Shown one piece after another: positions 14,361 to 26,596 of a stretch of DNA of 64,000 bases. Below the pieces are notes generated by a model, which searched no databases, was not told the DNA's origin, and was given only the letters and a program-made list of their open reading frames with translations. The translations under genes and the position numbers were made by a program. Each line of letters begins with the position of its first letter. The first letter of the stretch is position 1. The DNA comes from Callorhinchus milii (Eukaryota), in contig NW_024704742.1 in the NCBI RefSeq assembly GCF_018977255.1, positions 101,434,001 through 101,498,000 of the forward strand, in the 5' to 3' direction.

Positions 14361-14568
14361 ATTGGGGTCAAATGGCATTTGATATTATCACCAGTGATAT
14401 ATTGATCACATCCACTTAAAAAAAGTATCGAGGGTCTTGGGGATAAATACCCACTCTCTCACACCTCATAAGAGATATTTTTGTGGTCAAAGAAATGATT
14501 GTTTTTGACCACTTTTTGATTACATGTTAACTGCCGATAATGTCACATTCTACAATTTTGACCCCATT
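14361..14568. mobile_element. Palindromic MITE-like element
   Basis: Ends attggggtcaaa...tttgaccccatt, with about 50 bp of imperfect arm pairing. Confidence 0.65.
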
Positions 14569-15193
14569 GTCCTTCTCCCATTGTGAATAGGGTTAACCCC
14601 AGATCAGGTGAACAAGATAAAGCTCTTCACTCTCTCATTTAATTTAAAGTTGTATTGATTTTCCAGATAAGACACACTGGACAAAGGCATCAATAGATAG
14701 AAAAATAAAGGGACATATTAAGAATTACAGCCATAGATCTCTGTCACAGAATCTGTGTTATGGTATTAGAAACAGCAACATGTTTGCGTGCAAGACATTG
14801 TTAATGAGTAAGGAAACTGTTGAATCTTGTCTGAGAAGCGAACTCTTGAAAAAGCAAATATCTTTAAACAAGGAACACAATACAGATTGGGAAGGGAATT
14901 AAAGAGAATTTGGGTCTTGGGCCAGGAGCATTCAATCACTCATTCCCAAAGGAAATAACTTGTGGGGTGACTCAGTCATAATGGCAAAACGTAAGTGTTC
15001 TGCTTCTTATAAAGATAAGTTCAGATGAAAAGAACACCTGTCCAGAGAAGTGATCTCTAACATCTATTTTGTACAATGAATACTCAGGGACTATTAATAA
15101 TTTGGACTTATTAATGTGTAATAAATGAGTGGGTGAAAATTGTACCTTGCTTGGACCAAGCAAGTCTTCTGACACAAGTAGCAATGTAAATCT

Positions 15194-15477
15194 TAGGCCA
15201 GAAATCCCACCTATTGCTAGCTGTGAAACAATAACATTTATATAGCACCCTTCATGTAGGGTAGCATCTCAGAGCACTTGAATGCCATGTTGTCTTAAAA
15301 TTTAAGGAGTCTAGAAAATTCTTCAATGAATTCTTAATTTGGAGGGTAGTTCTTTTCATGTTCTGCATAAAATAGTTTCAAATTAACACTAAAATTAAGA
15401 TTTTTCACGATTCCGCATGACCTTAAATTTTAAGGCAAACAATGTTACAGGCTAAAACTAGGCGGAATTACCAGCCT
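15194..15477. mobile_element. Palindromic MITE-like element with a short L2 tail inserted in its left arm
   Basis: Left ggccagaaatcccacctattgctagc..tgtcttaaaatttaagg pairs with right ccttaaattttaaggc..gctaaaactaggcggaattaccagcc. Confidence 0.7.
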
Positions 15478-15559
15478 TCTTGGGGGTTCTATGTTGTAAA
15501 ATGTAATCGTTGCCCAAAAAATGAGTTGTAAAATGTCATACTTTCCAAAATGTCTGATA

Positions 15560-15810
15560 ATTATTGACCAGGACACTGGGAAAAAACATTTACTTTAGTG
15601 TCCACCTGAGCATTTAAACAGACAGACACAACTTTGGTCTAACATCTTATCCAAAAGACAACACCTCTCACAATGCAGCACACATCAACCACTGCAATGG
15701 AGTATTAGTAATACATTGACTATATGAGTTCCAAGTCCTGACATGTGGCTTCAATCCTTAACCTTCTGACTTAGAGGTGGGAACACTACCAACTGAGCTA
15801 GGCTGACACC
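15560..15810 (-). mobile_element. Old Deu-type SINE
   Basis: Similar to 28050-28415. Confidence 0.7.
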
Positions 15811-16999
15811 CAGCAGTAAATCCAAGCCTCTTCTTTCTGATCTCTGGAATTCTCTTCCAAAATCTCTCTGCTTTACATCTTATCCTCCTGCTTTCAAATC
15901 CTTTTTAAAAATACATCTCTTTGACTGTGCCTTTGATCAAGATCCTTATTTCTTCCATCTTTCTTCCTGCTCAGTGATGCATATCCTATCTGTTAAGCAC
16001 ATTTAGACATTTGTGCTAAGTGATAGGTGTTGTTCATGCCAATTGCTGGTGTGATCTTATGATCCTGTAACCTTATCAGCATATTTAATATAGTGTGTGG
16101 TATGGATAAGATAAACATTGACTCTTTCTTCTCATTCAAGAATGTTGGACCAATGGACAGAAATTAAATTTAGTTCAAAGGACATCAAATAGTTAACTAA
16201 AATGTTTTGAAAATGTTTGAAATAATTTACAAACCAAGGAAATGGAGGCAGAACATTGGGGTTAGTTGTTAAATGCCATAATGTGTTAATCTGCTGGAAA
16301 GTGAGCTAGAGTAAGTTGAATTGTCATTTTGTATTATTAACTTTTCCAATGTTTTACATAGGAACAGTGTAACCTATTCAGCCCCTCAAACCTGTTTCAC
16401 CGTTCTATTAGATCATTTAAACGCAGTGTGCTTTTTGAGACTCTCTGGAATGCAGTGACTGAAAAGCTCACTAATGTTATTTCTATTTTCACAGAATCGT
16501 AGAAATGTCTAAATTGTATGATCTCAGTAGATTGCTTATCACTTCACAAGATCAATCCCGTTCCTATGGTACCCAGCATTTTATTTTTCACTAAACGACT
16601 GCAACAAATTGTTCAATGCGGAGAGAATGGTTGAAAACAAGAGCGATTTTCGTTTCTGGGAAAGGATGATCGTCAAGGTACAGACCTAGAGAGGACAGGA
16701 TGATTAGAAATGCCAAAACTGCACAAGAAATATTTGTTTAAGAAAAAGGACAAGGCCCAGGGGGCAGATAGGAAAATATCAAATATAGGGTCAGTAAATC
16801 TCAATGTTAAAACCTTTTTCATCTTGGCAGCCCAGGTATACAAATGTTACAAATAACAATCTATAGTCGCCAATTTGGAATTAGCAAGGGACAAAAGCAA
16901 AATTCTACGCTTGGTAGATTGACTGATAGTGAGGAAAATAGCTTTCTAAATTTATTGTAAGGAGGAACATAAATTAAATGGACGAGGAATATTTTAGGA

Positions 17000-18230
17000 A
17001 CGTATGACCAAAGGAAGAGAAGGAGGCCATTCAGCCTGTTTCACCAGTTTATTAGTTATTAGCAGATCTTTTAGTCCCAATGACCTACCTTATTATCTCC
17101 ACTGTTTCAAACATCCCTGCTGATTCCGCCTCTACATTATTCTGAGGCAGAGAATTCCACATCTTTACAATCCCATGTATAAAGAAATGTTTCCTGACCT
17201 TGGTTCTAACTTTCAATAGCTTTATTTGAAAAGAATAAGCTATATATTTTTTTAAAAACTCAATGTTCTCCAGACACAACAACAACAACAAGATTTCATT
17301 TATAGAGCGCCTTTCACGTTGGGAGGATGTCCCAAGGCGCTGGACAGTTGGATCAGGATCCGAGCAGGGGGGAAATGGACAGGGGGAGGGAAGGGAGGGA
17401 GCGAGGAGGGGGTAGAGAGTCGAGAGGGGAGCTGAAGGCATGGTTGAAGAGACACAAAACTAAGATGAATATACAGGGTTAATCAAAAATTTGATGGCAC
17501 CCTAAACACTGTGAGTTTAAAAAAAATTAATTTACCATCAGAGCTTTCAACAAGAGGTTAAATAAATGAATCCTAAGGAGTGTAACTGTCAGTGAAGAAG
17601 ACTGTAACTTCAGAGGGACATAGACAGATTAGTTGACTGGGCAGAGAAACAGCAAATTAAATTTAATGTGGACAAGTGTGAGGTTATGCATTTTGAGAGG
17701 AAGAATAGGAGAGCAGGTATATGTTAGGTTGTATAATATTGAAAGGAGTGGAAAAGCAGAGGGACAATGTACATAAATCCTTAAAGATGGGAAGACAGAT
17801 GGACAAGGCTGTTAAGAAAGCAAATGGTATCTTGGGTTTTATAAATGGAGTACTAATACACAAGCAAAGAGGTATTGCTAAACTTACATAAATTGTTACT
17901 TAGACCACAGTTAGAATACTGTGTCTCGTACTGATCAATTCACTTTAGGAAAGACAACAGAGGGAGTGCAGTAGAGATTTATTAGGATGATACTGGGGAT
18001 GAGTGATTTGGCCTGTGAGTGGAGACTGGTGGTAAGTGGACTTTACTGGGAGAAATTATTTCCATTGATCAGTTAATCAGTGACTCACTTTAAGATGGCT
18101 AGCAAACAAGCAAATTGGGAGGTTAGGAGAATTTTTCTATGGAAGGCCCTGCCTGAGGTGATGGTGAGGCTGTACATTTCTAAGGATTTTTCACAGAAGG
18201 AAAGAAATCCCATTAGAAGGATTGGAATTG
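17000..18230. mobile_element. CR1 tail (-), young L2 tail 17277-17450 (-), CR1 RT fragment 17570-18230 (+)
   Basis: KHFFIHGIVKMWNSLP peptide, L2 tail similarity and an FNVDKCEVMHF-coding segment. Confidence 0.85.
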
Positions 18231-20660
18231 GAGTACATTAGCTAGCAAAACAACAACAACATTATATATTTATATAGAGCCTTTCACGGAACATCAACCA
18301 CAAATTACACTTGTATAGCACCCTTCACATTAGAAACACGTTGCAGGATAGGATCCTGGAGCAATCTGCACATGAATTTATATTTCCATTACTAGAAGTG
18401 TGTAGTCACTATATAATACTAATGCCACAAAGATAAGAGTAGGCAAATTGAAATATCAATATAGGAGTCACTAACTCTCAATATTAAAGCATTTTCAATC
18501 ATCTCACTGTATAAATGCTGGACAAAGAAATCAATAGTCTCAATTTAGAAATAACAAGGTACAAAAGCAAAATTCGACACTTGGTAGATTGACTGATAGT
18601 TAGGAAAATAACTTTCTAAATGTATTGTGTATGGGGACATAAATTTAACTTTCTGCTGGAGACAAGTGAAACAGTTTAAGGAGATACTAATTGTTGAATT
18701 TAATAATGCTGTCAAAATGTCTCAAAGATCTTCACAGATAATTGCTGTCAAGTGTAGTGGACTGTGTATTTGTAGTCAAACCAAGCTTTTAATTTACACA
18801 CTGCATGGTCCCACAAATAACAATGAACTAAATGTAAGTTATATATCCTTTATGTCCTGTACTTTCTATCCATTTCTTGGAACTGTGTGGTAATTGTTAC
18901 ATGCAGGAAGAAAATGGACGTAAGTGCTGGAATGAAACTTTCTCATCCAAAGTCTGCAGAGTTCCTGTCTTTGTTTTCTTTTTGTTTGTTCTTATATCTC
19001 TACAGATAAATCATCCACATTCTCTTCCTTGCATCAGATCAGCAGAAGGGCATAATTTCAAAGGCAAAGAAGGAGATCTCCACTCAGCATGAAAAATCAG
19101 TGTGGTTGAAAAATACATGCAACAAAATTTTCCCTCTCTGACTCTTCCCGGCCTTGATGTCCTGCTATACAGGCTTCATGCAGTGCTACAGGGATGAAAT
19201 TTGAGTCCCGCGCAACAGATTCAATGTATTAACCATCACACCGAATCAGTTATGAAGCATTGCTACAAGCAGCTATTCCTAAAATTGACCATAGAACTAA
19301 CCGTTCCCTCCCTCCCAAGTTAACCACTGGCTTCTTCACTTCAGATACAATATATTACAAAATTACATTTGTACAGCGCCTTTCACGTCGGGAAGAACAG
19401 TCAGAGATTAGGACCCGAATGGGGGTGGTTGCGATCAGGGAGGGTGGGGGTAGGAGGGTGACCAAAGGCATGGAAGATAGCTTCCATTCACACTTTGATA
19501 AAAATCAACATCAGTTGGATGTAAGAAATTGCCTAGAATTTGTTTATAAATCCTGGAGGCCTTAAACTATGGTGTTGTCTGCCTGTTCATCTTGATGTTA
19601 AAGATCTCATGGCACTATTCAGAATAGGAGAGAGTTTTCGCTCGAGTGCTTGCCAATGCGACCTGGCCAAATAAAATTGGTCATTCACTTTGTGGTTGTT
19701 CGTGGAAAATTGCTACATGCAAATTGATTGGCTGCTATGTCTGCTACAAATACAATACATTCACAAAACGTCATAATGAATCCCATGAAATCTTTGGAGA
19801 CATCCTCCTGACATGTATCAAATGTAAGGATTATTATTTTATTATATTTGATTATATTGACTGAGTTAAATCTGAACCCAGTTTTAAACGGCCTCAAATC
19901 AATCTCCGTGATTGGGAGCTGCACTGGAGCAAAAAATACTTGAATGGGGCTATAATGTCAAGTTCAGAGTGGGTGGGAAAGGAATTACTCCTCCTCCCTT
20001 ACTCTGGAACCTTGGAACAAAGATTACTCTTCAGAACCCTTCAGGCCACAGGGCTGACCATCACCTCTTTACATCGAATATCTCCTAAAATTACGTATCT
20101 CCTCTATTTTCCTTTTTTATCATCTTTTATGTGTGTATTTTACAGCAACTACAACAAGTTGGATTATATGGCACCCTTCACTCAGGTAGGCATCGGGGGA
20201 ATAGAGGGTAGAAGGATAGAGAAAATTGTATTCTCTCTTCCTTTAGTTTCTCTGGCCTCTATGGATATTTGATATCTTTTACTTCTGTCTCATCTGCTTT
20301 TGTCTTTTTCCTCATTCTCCCAACACTCCCGATTTGATGTAGGGTCAAGTCCAAAAACAGCAAGATGTCTCTCTTTCTGAGATGTCAATTGACATGCTGC
20401 AAACTCCAGTTTTATTTCAGATTTTCAGCGGGGTTGATATCACACACCTTGGACATTTTAATTTTAAACACAATATATTTGACCGAATACCACAATCTTA
20501 CTTGTGTCATTATTTGCTTGCTTGTTATGTAAGTCTTTTTGTATCATCAACATGGGAAGGCACGATAAACCTTCCAGTTTATTCTTCTGCAAAGACACAG
20601 GAGTCTTTCCTAAAAATGCATTATTTTGATGAATAATTAACACTGGTTAATGTAGTGACC

Positions 20661-20952
20661 TTATGATAATGAACACATCCACTGGTACCCGGCAGGGCTG
20701 GAGATAATCCTTCCACCCAGTAAACCTTTCTGAATGCCTGTGCCTGACAAGCTAACTTCACTGCACATTGCAATTTCAGCTTGCAGCACAGGACTACCAT
20801 TTAACTCAGATTTCGTCTCAACTGAACAAAATGTCAGAGCAAAGAAGCTATCCTTAAGGCAGAAGTCTAATATCTTTGCAGAGAGTGAGGGTGAGCACTC
20901 AGGAGGGTGTTTGGGGTGATGGCCAGTCCATTTGCTAATTATTGTAAGGTTG
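20661..20952 (-). pseudogene. Probable terminal exon: kinase repeat 7 subdomain XI and C-tail
   Basis: Phase-2 acceptor matches the previous exon. Open ~96 codons (TIISKWTGHHPKHPPECSPSL...) to TAA. Minus-strand AATAAA at 20578-20583. Confidence 0.5.
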
Positions 20953-20983
20953 CTAAATTGATTGCCAGTGTTAACAAGCACAT

Positions 20984-21278
20984 CTGGAGTCCTGTAGCTC
21001 AGTGGTTAGAGCACTCGCCTTGCAAGCAAGACACCTGGGTTCAATTCCAGGCAGGGCGAAACCTTGGGCAAGTTTCCTTACTCCACACACCTAATAATAA
21101 TCCCTCCAAAATAAAACAATCCATGACTGTTTGTTGGACACTGCTGTGCGCAATTGGCAGCCACGTTTTGCCCACAAATATACGGTCAATTCACTTTACA
21201 GTCTATTCTGTGAAGCGCTTTGAGACATCAAGAAGACGTGAAAAGCGCTATATCAAATGCAAGGTTTATTATTATTAT
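20984..21278 (+). mobile_element. Full-length tRNA-Ala-derived SINE, short subfamily
   Basis: A box TAGCTCAGTGG, anticodon-loop-like CTTGCAA, B box GGTTCAATTCC, L2-like tail, (ATT)n. Confidence 0.95.
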
Positions 21279-21899
21279 TGTTACAGCATTGTAAAATCTA
21301 AATTTCTTGCAAACAAATATTTTGTTCAGCTACAAAATTACATATTCAGCATATTTTACAAGAAAATTCTGTGAAGCTCTTTGAGACATTCTCCCGACAT
21401 GAAAGGTGGTATATGAAACATAAGGATTATTATTATAAATATTTTATTAGATGTATTTTCCGTGAAGGATAACACAAGTCCGTTTCAGCTCCATATTTAA
21501 ATATCACTATCGATCTGAGATTTGTGTGGATTACTGAGGAGGCCATAGAATTTTGAAGACACTTCATTCATTGGCACAGTTAAACAAACCAAATGTTCCA
21601 GTAAGTAAGATTCAATGTGAACTATCAAGCACAATTAGGAAAATATCATCAGTTGTCCAGGGAGTCTTAGTTGAATCACACATTCCAGTTGTGAAGTTCT
21701 AGTTCAGTTGAAGAGGATATAAGGTTTGATATCAATTCTGATACAAGAATTTTTGAAAAAATAAAACTTTGCTACAATTGAGTTCCCAAATTTTTGCTGA
21801 CTGATTTTCCAGACAGATGATTGGAGTTTGATTCAGACATAAATAGGTTTCAATTTTATGTTCCGCAGCTGTCCTTCCTTCTCACATTGGGTCCCTGAA

Positions 21900-22035
21900 T
21901 AGAATTGCTCTCCTCCACCTCACCCGCCATGTCACTTGCCTCCGATTTTCTTTTCTCCATAGATGCTGCCTGACCTGCTGAGTGTTCCCAGCGACTTCTG
22001 TTTATTTTTCAGATTTCCAGCATGTGGAGTATTTT
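21900..22035 (+). repeat. Dispersed repeat end, possibly Penelope-like; also at ~34000-34165 and decayed at 20310-20430
   Basis: Identical ctccatagatgctgcctgacctgctgagtgttcccagcgacttctgttt at about 21955 and 34111. Family assignment is from memory only. Confidence 0.55.
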
Positions 22036-23757
22036 GCATTTTGTTTTAAATAAAAACTCTGCCACCCATATCCTTACCACTCCTGCCTGTCCCTTGCCCT
22101 CTCCACTCTACCATCAGTGGCTGTGCTTTCAGCCACTACACACCAAATCTCTGGACTCTGGCTCAATCTCACAGCCTTGCTGCCTTTTCGCCCATCTTCA
22201 GATCATACCTGAAGACCTTCCTCTTCGACCGTACCTACTGTCACCTCCCTCTCTCCCTGGCTAGGCATCAAGCTTTGCCACTGTTAAGCGCTATGAGATC
22301 CTACAGAGATGCTGTTGTTTTCTAGGTTGAAACTGACACTGAAGACCCAAATGGAATTTTATTAGGTAATCCTATGTCTTAAGCCTGGAGGCACAGCACT
22401 TGGTGCTATGTATGTGGAGAACACTGTATTTGTTAAGCTAGATAAAGTTTAATTATGTGACTACCAGGGCAGCAAAGAAGATAGACATTTCTATTAAATT
22501 TAAGACTTATTCTCTCAGGTATTGTGAATTTGTAGTTATCCTCTAACTGGCTGAGCTGTCCTGTTGGCCAGCATTTACAGTGTGCTTTTCCGTAAATGCT
22601 CACTTCAGTTCAGCATCAGTTCTTCTCAAATATCATTGACTGGACAATATAATCGGTGGGGGTATTTATCTGTAGATTCTTCATTAGCTCGATACATTTC
22701 CTGATTGAGTCAGTCTGTTGACAATGCTACTCATCCACTTTTCTATTAGCTTTCAGTTCACTGCTATTATTCTTGTCACATCACAGGCTGAGTTGTATTG
22801 TAGACAGTGCTACTGATGGACTTTTTTCTTAAGATCTATAGGACTAATGTTCCCATCTCATTGCTTGAATTACTCTGGTATTCAACCCACTATTTCATTC
22901 ACTATCTCAGTCATTTCAACAGAGGAATTATCTCAGTGATCAATGTTAATGACAATCTTTCTGCTTTTTTTAAACTCTTTTGTAAATGATCTAGATTGAT
23001 TGCTCATGTGTGACTGCAAATGTACTCTGAAGTGAGCTATGCTGTTAATATCCTGGACAGAGTATCCTTTCAGTGTAAAATTGCAGTGTTCAATTCTTTC
23101 TCTATGGCATATTGTATTTTATCCTTGAATGTATAGTGCACTTAATAAGCCAATAAATAAATCTCACAACCATTAATTTTAATCATGTACTGTAGTGCAA
23201 CTATAAAAGGGGGAGAGATGGGGGGCAGAAATACTGCCCCCCCAGAGTTTATGAAAAAGAGGGTGAAGGTAAAAACTGGGGTGAAGTTTGCTATGTGCCA
23301 AAAAGTGTTCCATTACTTAATAATTACTGGCATAGCATTTAGTAATGGTTATAAGTTTGTGATGAATACTGAGGCCCTGACCTTGATAAATAACATAATA
23401 TTTCTTGGGCCATATGTGTGATTTTTACAGTAAACTAAAGACGCAGCACAGAAAATAAGTATTACAACAAAATTGATATTTACTGGACTGTATAAGAGCC
23501 CAAAAACCAAATTGATTAATCTGTTCCCTTAACCCAATTTTGCTATGGATTCGTTTGATAATCGGAGCCACTCTGTGGGGGAAGGAGGGGACATACCACC
23601 AGCGACCATGTTAACCCTAAAACTATTGCAATTGTGCTAACTTTATACCAGTGGTAATTGAGGAAAAGATGGGGTCACATTCCACCCAGTCCAGATTTAT
23701 TCCATTAACATATGTATTTTGTGCATAAAACACAAGTCACTGTACTTCACTGCACTG

Positions 23758-24000
23758 TGTAGTTCTTAAAATAATTTGCAGAAAACTGGCTTCAACGTTA
23801 AAGACTGCATTGAAGAATTTGACAAATTTAAGAATTTGATTGAACACGTTGAAATAATAATAATCCATGAAAGATGTTATATCAAATATAAGTATTATTA
23901 TTATTTCAAAGTGTTCAGTCAAATTCTTACATTTGTCAATTTTTTAAATGCAGTCTTTAATGTTGAAGACAGTTTTCTGTAAATTCTCTTAAGAACTACA
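23758..24000. repeat. Imperfect inverted repeat, ~107-bp arms, ~29-nt loop
   Basis: 23758-23864 is the reverse complement of 23894-24000 with scattered mismatches. Confidence 0.9.
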
Positions 24001-24554
24001 GAACTACAGAAAACCAACTTCAAAGTTAAGACCGAATTCCAGAATTTACCAAATCCTGCATATTTTAAAATGTTACGTGAATAGAATAAATCTAGATCTA
24101 GGTGGAATTTCTACCCCAGAATGCATTTAGGGATGCTGTACTTTATTCAATGTTTCAAAATAACTAACTAAAAGATCAGAGGTGTACAGTAATGCAGGTC
24201 AGAAGTAGAGTTTTATCTGACCAAAGCTGCTTTGACCAGGCAAGTCAGCAATCACATTTCTTTGATTTTTGCCAATAAACACAAGCACACTACTTTACAG
24301 TTTGATTTGAAGTATATTCTGAGGAGAACTTTAAGGCATCTCAACAACATGATAAGGCACTATATCAAACGCAAAGGTTATTATAATATAAATATGAGTT
24401 GCAAAATAAAAAGCTAAAATGCAAAAAATATAAATATTCAAAAATGTATTTGTTTTTATGAATGAAGAATTATATGGAAGAATTAGATCTTACTACTTAA
24501 TGAAGCAACTTTGATGATGTGCTTACAATTGGAAACATTCAATTATAAACATAC

Positions 24555-24657
24555 CTTGCTAAAGTTGCTGCTAAATTTACACCTTTAGCCTGAGGGAAAA
24601 CCTGATGGTTATTCTGGACAACAGAACTTGGTCTTCATGTCTGCTCTTCATAGATAT
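24555..24657 (-). pseudogene. Pseudo-exon, kinase repeat 7, subdomain X
   Basis: Acceptor ttactgttcag, donor AAG|gtatgt. Reads IYEEQT*RPSSVVQNNHQVFPQAKGVNL. Ends in phase 2. Confidence 0.5.
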
Positions 24658-24939
24658 CTGAACAGTAACAGTGAAATGCAATGAAATGCAAGCATTTCAC
24701 TCAATAGCCAACTTTCTCAATGTCCTGTAGCTAATCATTTGGATATAACAGCCTAACTCAGAGTACAAGTCTCCTCACCTATAAAGTGAAAAGATCTTTC
24801 AGAAAACAACACTATTCCTTACACAGGAAGTGTAAAATCAATCTTTCAACCAAACCTTTGCCACGTGCAGAAAAAATCAGATTTTAATAAGTCATCAATT
24901 CCATGCCCTATTCCTGAAATTTGCTGCAGAAGGTATTGG

Positions 24940-25310
24940 TCTGGCTTAGTTGGTAATACTCTCACGAATCTTGAGTCTGAAGCTTGTGTTTTAAGACTCA
25001 CGTCGGGACTTCAAGCATAGTCTTGGCTGACACAGCAGTGCAGTGCTGGTGAGTGCTGCATTGTTGGTGGTGCCGTCCCTCAGATGAGATGTTGAGCTGA
25101 GGTCCAGTCTGCCTGTTCAGGTAGACATTAAAGATCCCAAGGCACTATTCAAAAAGAGAAGGTTTCATGACCAACGATCCCCAAAATTGGTGATTCACTT
25201 GATGGCTGTTTTGGGGATATTGTTGTACACAAATTGACTGCTACATTTCCCACAAGATACAGAGTCATTGCATATAGTAATCCCTGTGAGGCACTTTGTG
25301 AGGCGATCTT
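24940..25310 (+). mobile_element. Old Deu-type tRNA SINE
   Basis: tRNA-like head plus conserved core gtctgcctgttcaggtagacattaaagatccc..ggcactatt. Confidence 0.75.
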
Positions 25311-25406
25311 GAGATTGATGCCTTTGGCTACAATATTAATCTGGTCACTCTGCCACCAATTACATAAAAGGTTTATTAGTATATTTTTTACTAACTTCAC
25401 GCTTAC

Positions 25407-25701
25407 GAGTCATCAATAAGATTTTTTTTTCAAAAACACAGCCAGTTGTCAGTATCCATTAAGCAAACTGTGCACATTCACATAACTATGCTGGTTCAGA
25501 GTTCTGCTAAACCATTCATGAGAGCAATTTACAGCAGTTTAGCATAAATCAGGTATCCTGTTCTGCATAGACAACTGCTGGAAGCAATGTCAGATTGCTC
25601 TGGGAGCATACACAGGGCATTTGGAAGATCTTTTGCACCATATATTCTATCTTTTGTGCTCACCTTTGAAATAGTGCAATTTTATTGTACCCCATACTTC
25701 T
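25407..25701 (-). pseudogene. Pseudo-exon, kinase repeat 7, subdomains VIa-VIII
   Basis: Acceptor tgttttgttttgcag, donor gtaagc. Reads VSTKDRIYGAKDLPNALCML...DIASSSCL......YAKL (cf. KDLLxxAxDIAxGxxYL...DIAARNCL...AKI). Confidence 0.6.
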
Positions 25702-26139
25702 CTGCAAAACAAAACATTTTTTCTTTTGTATCTTGCTTCTGCTATACCACTTCACTTTATTTCCTTTAGTTCTCTTCTTACTTAGGCAACCATGTCACCA
25801 TGTTTACCTTTCATACATTTTTACCAAACCCTATCTCCTTGAGATTGTGAAACTGAAATACTGTAAAGCATTTATTACAAGATCACAATACTAAAGTCAC
25901 TCAGGAAGTCATCCTGTAGTTTTGTGGCTTTATTATAAGCCCTTACAGCATTGCAGACGTGGTCATTTGTCCTGATTCTATCATTCATTTCAAGTTACTG
26001 AGGAGGTTCATTTTTTTTTCGACACTGATATTGCATTAGGATACCACTAGCTATAAAATTGACTTGTAAATTTTGTTTTCAACAAACGTAAAGCTTTTTT
26101 TTAAGAAAGTTGCTCTCATCTGCCAAAATTTACATTTTG

Positions 26140-26590
26140 TGTCAGCCTGGCTCAGTTGGTAGTACTCCTATGGGTCATAAAGTTGTGATTCAAGACCTAC
26201 ATTGAGATTTTGAGCTCATAGTCTAGGCTGATACTCCTCTGCAGTGCTTGTAGAGAGCTGTATTGTCGAAGGTTCAGATTACCATTCTTCAGATGAGATG
26301 TTCAAACAAGGTCTCTTCTGTCTGTTCAGGTGGACATTCGAGATCTCGTGACTCTATTCAAAAAGAGAAGGGAATTTCTCCTAATGTCCTGGCCAATAAC
26401 CCTTCAGATAAAATTGTTCTTTCAATTCATAGTTGTTGCTGTGCACAAATTCATGGAACGTTGCTGTGAACAAATTGGCTGCTGAGTTCACCCGCAAAAT
26501 ACATAATCACTGCACTTTTAGTATATTTGGTGAAATGCTTTGAGATGACGATGTGATATATAGTATTTTATCAAATGCAAGGATTATTAT
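26140..26590 (+). mobile_element. Old Deu-type tRNA SINE, near full length
   Basis: gcctggctcagttggtag head, same core, ATT tail. Confidence 0.8.
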
Positions 26591-26596
26591 GATCAA

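Larger units (their letters stand above)
2742..14990 (+). pseudogene. Possible second decayed or non-coding spliced gene (candidate exons 2742-~2950, 7820-7881, 10672-10709, 12907-13076, 14667-14990)
   Basis: Plus-strand AG/GT pairs (gtaaat, gtaagt, gtaaga, gtaagt) around coding-like frames with 0-2 stops. Product not recognised. Confidence 0.3.

Noticed and set aside
20329..20365. Hammerhead ribozyme in a Penelope-like end
   Set aside because: The core CTGATGA...GAAA is mutated (ttgatgta...aaaa). The ctgatgag near 3814 also lacks the GAAA partner.
20984..21060. tRNA-Ala(UGC) gene
   Set aside because: The tRNA-like head continues into a SINE body and is repeated many times; it is not a standalone tRNA.
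24555..24657. In-frame TGA as selenocysteine
   Set aside because: Neighbouring exons contain TAA/TAG stops and frameshifts, so decay is the simpler explanation. No SECIS was identified.
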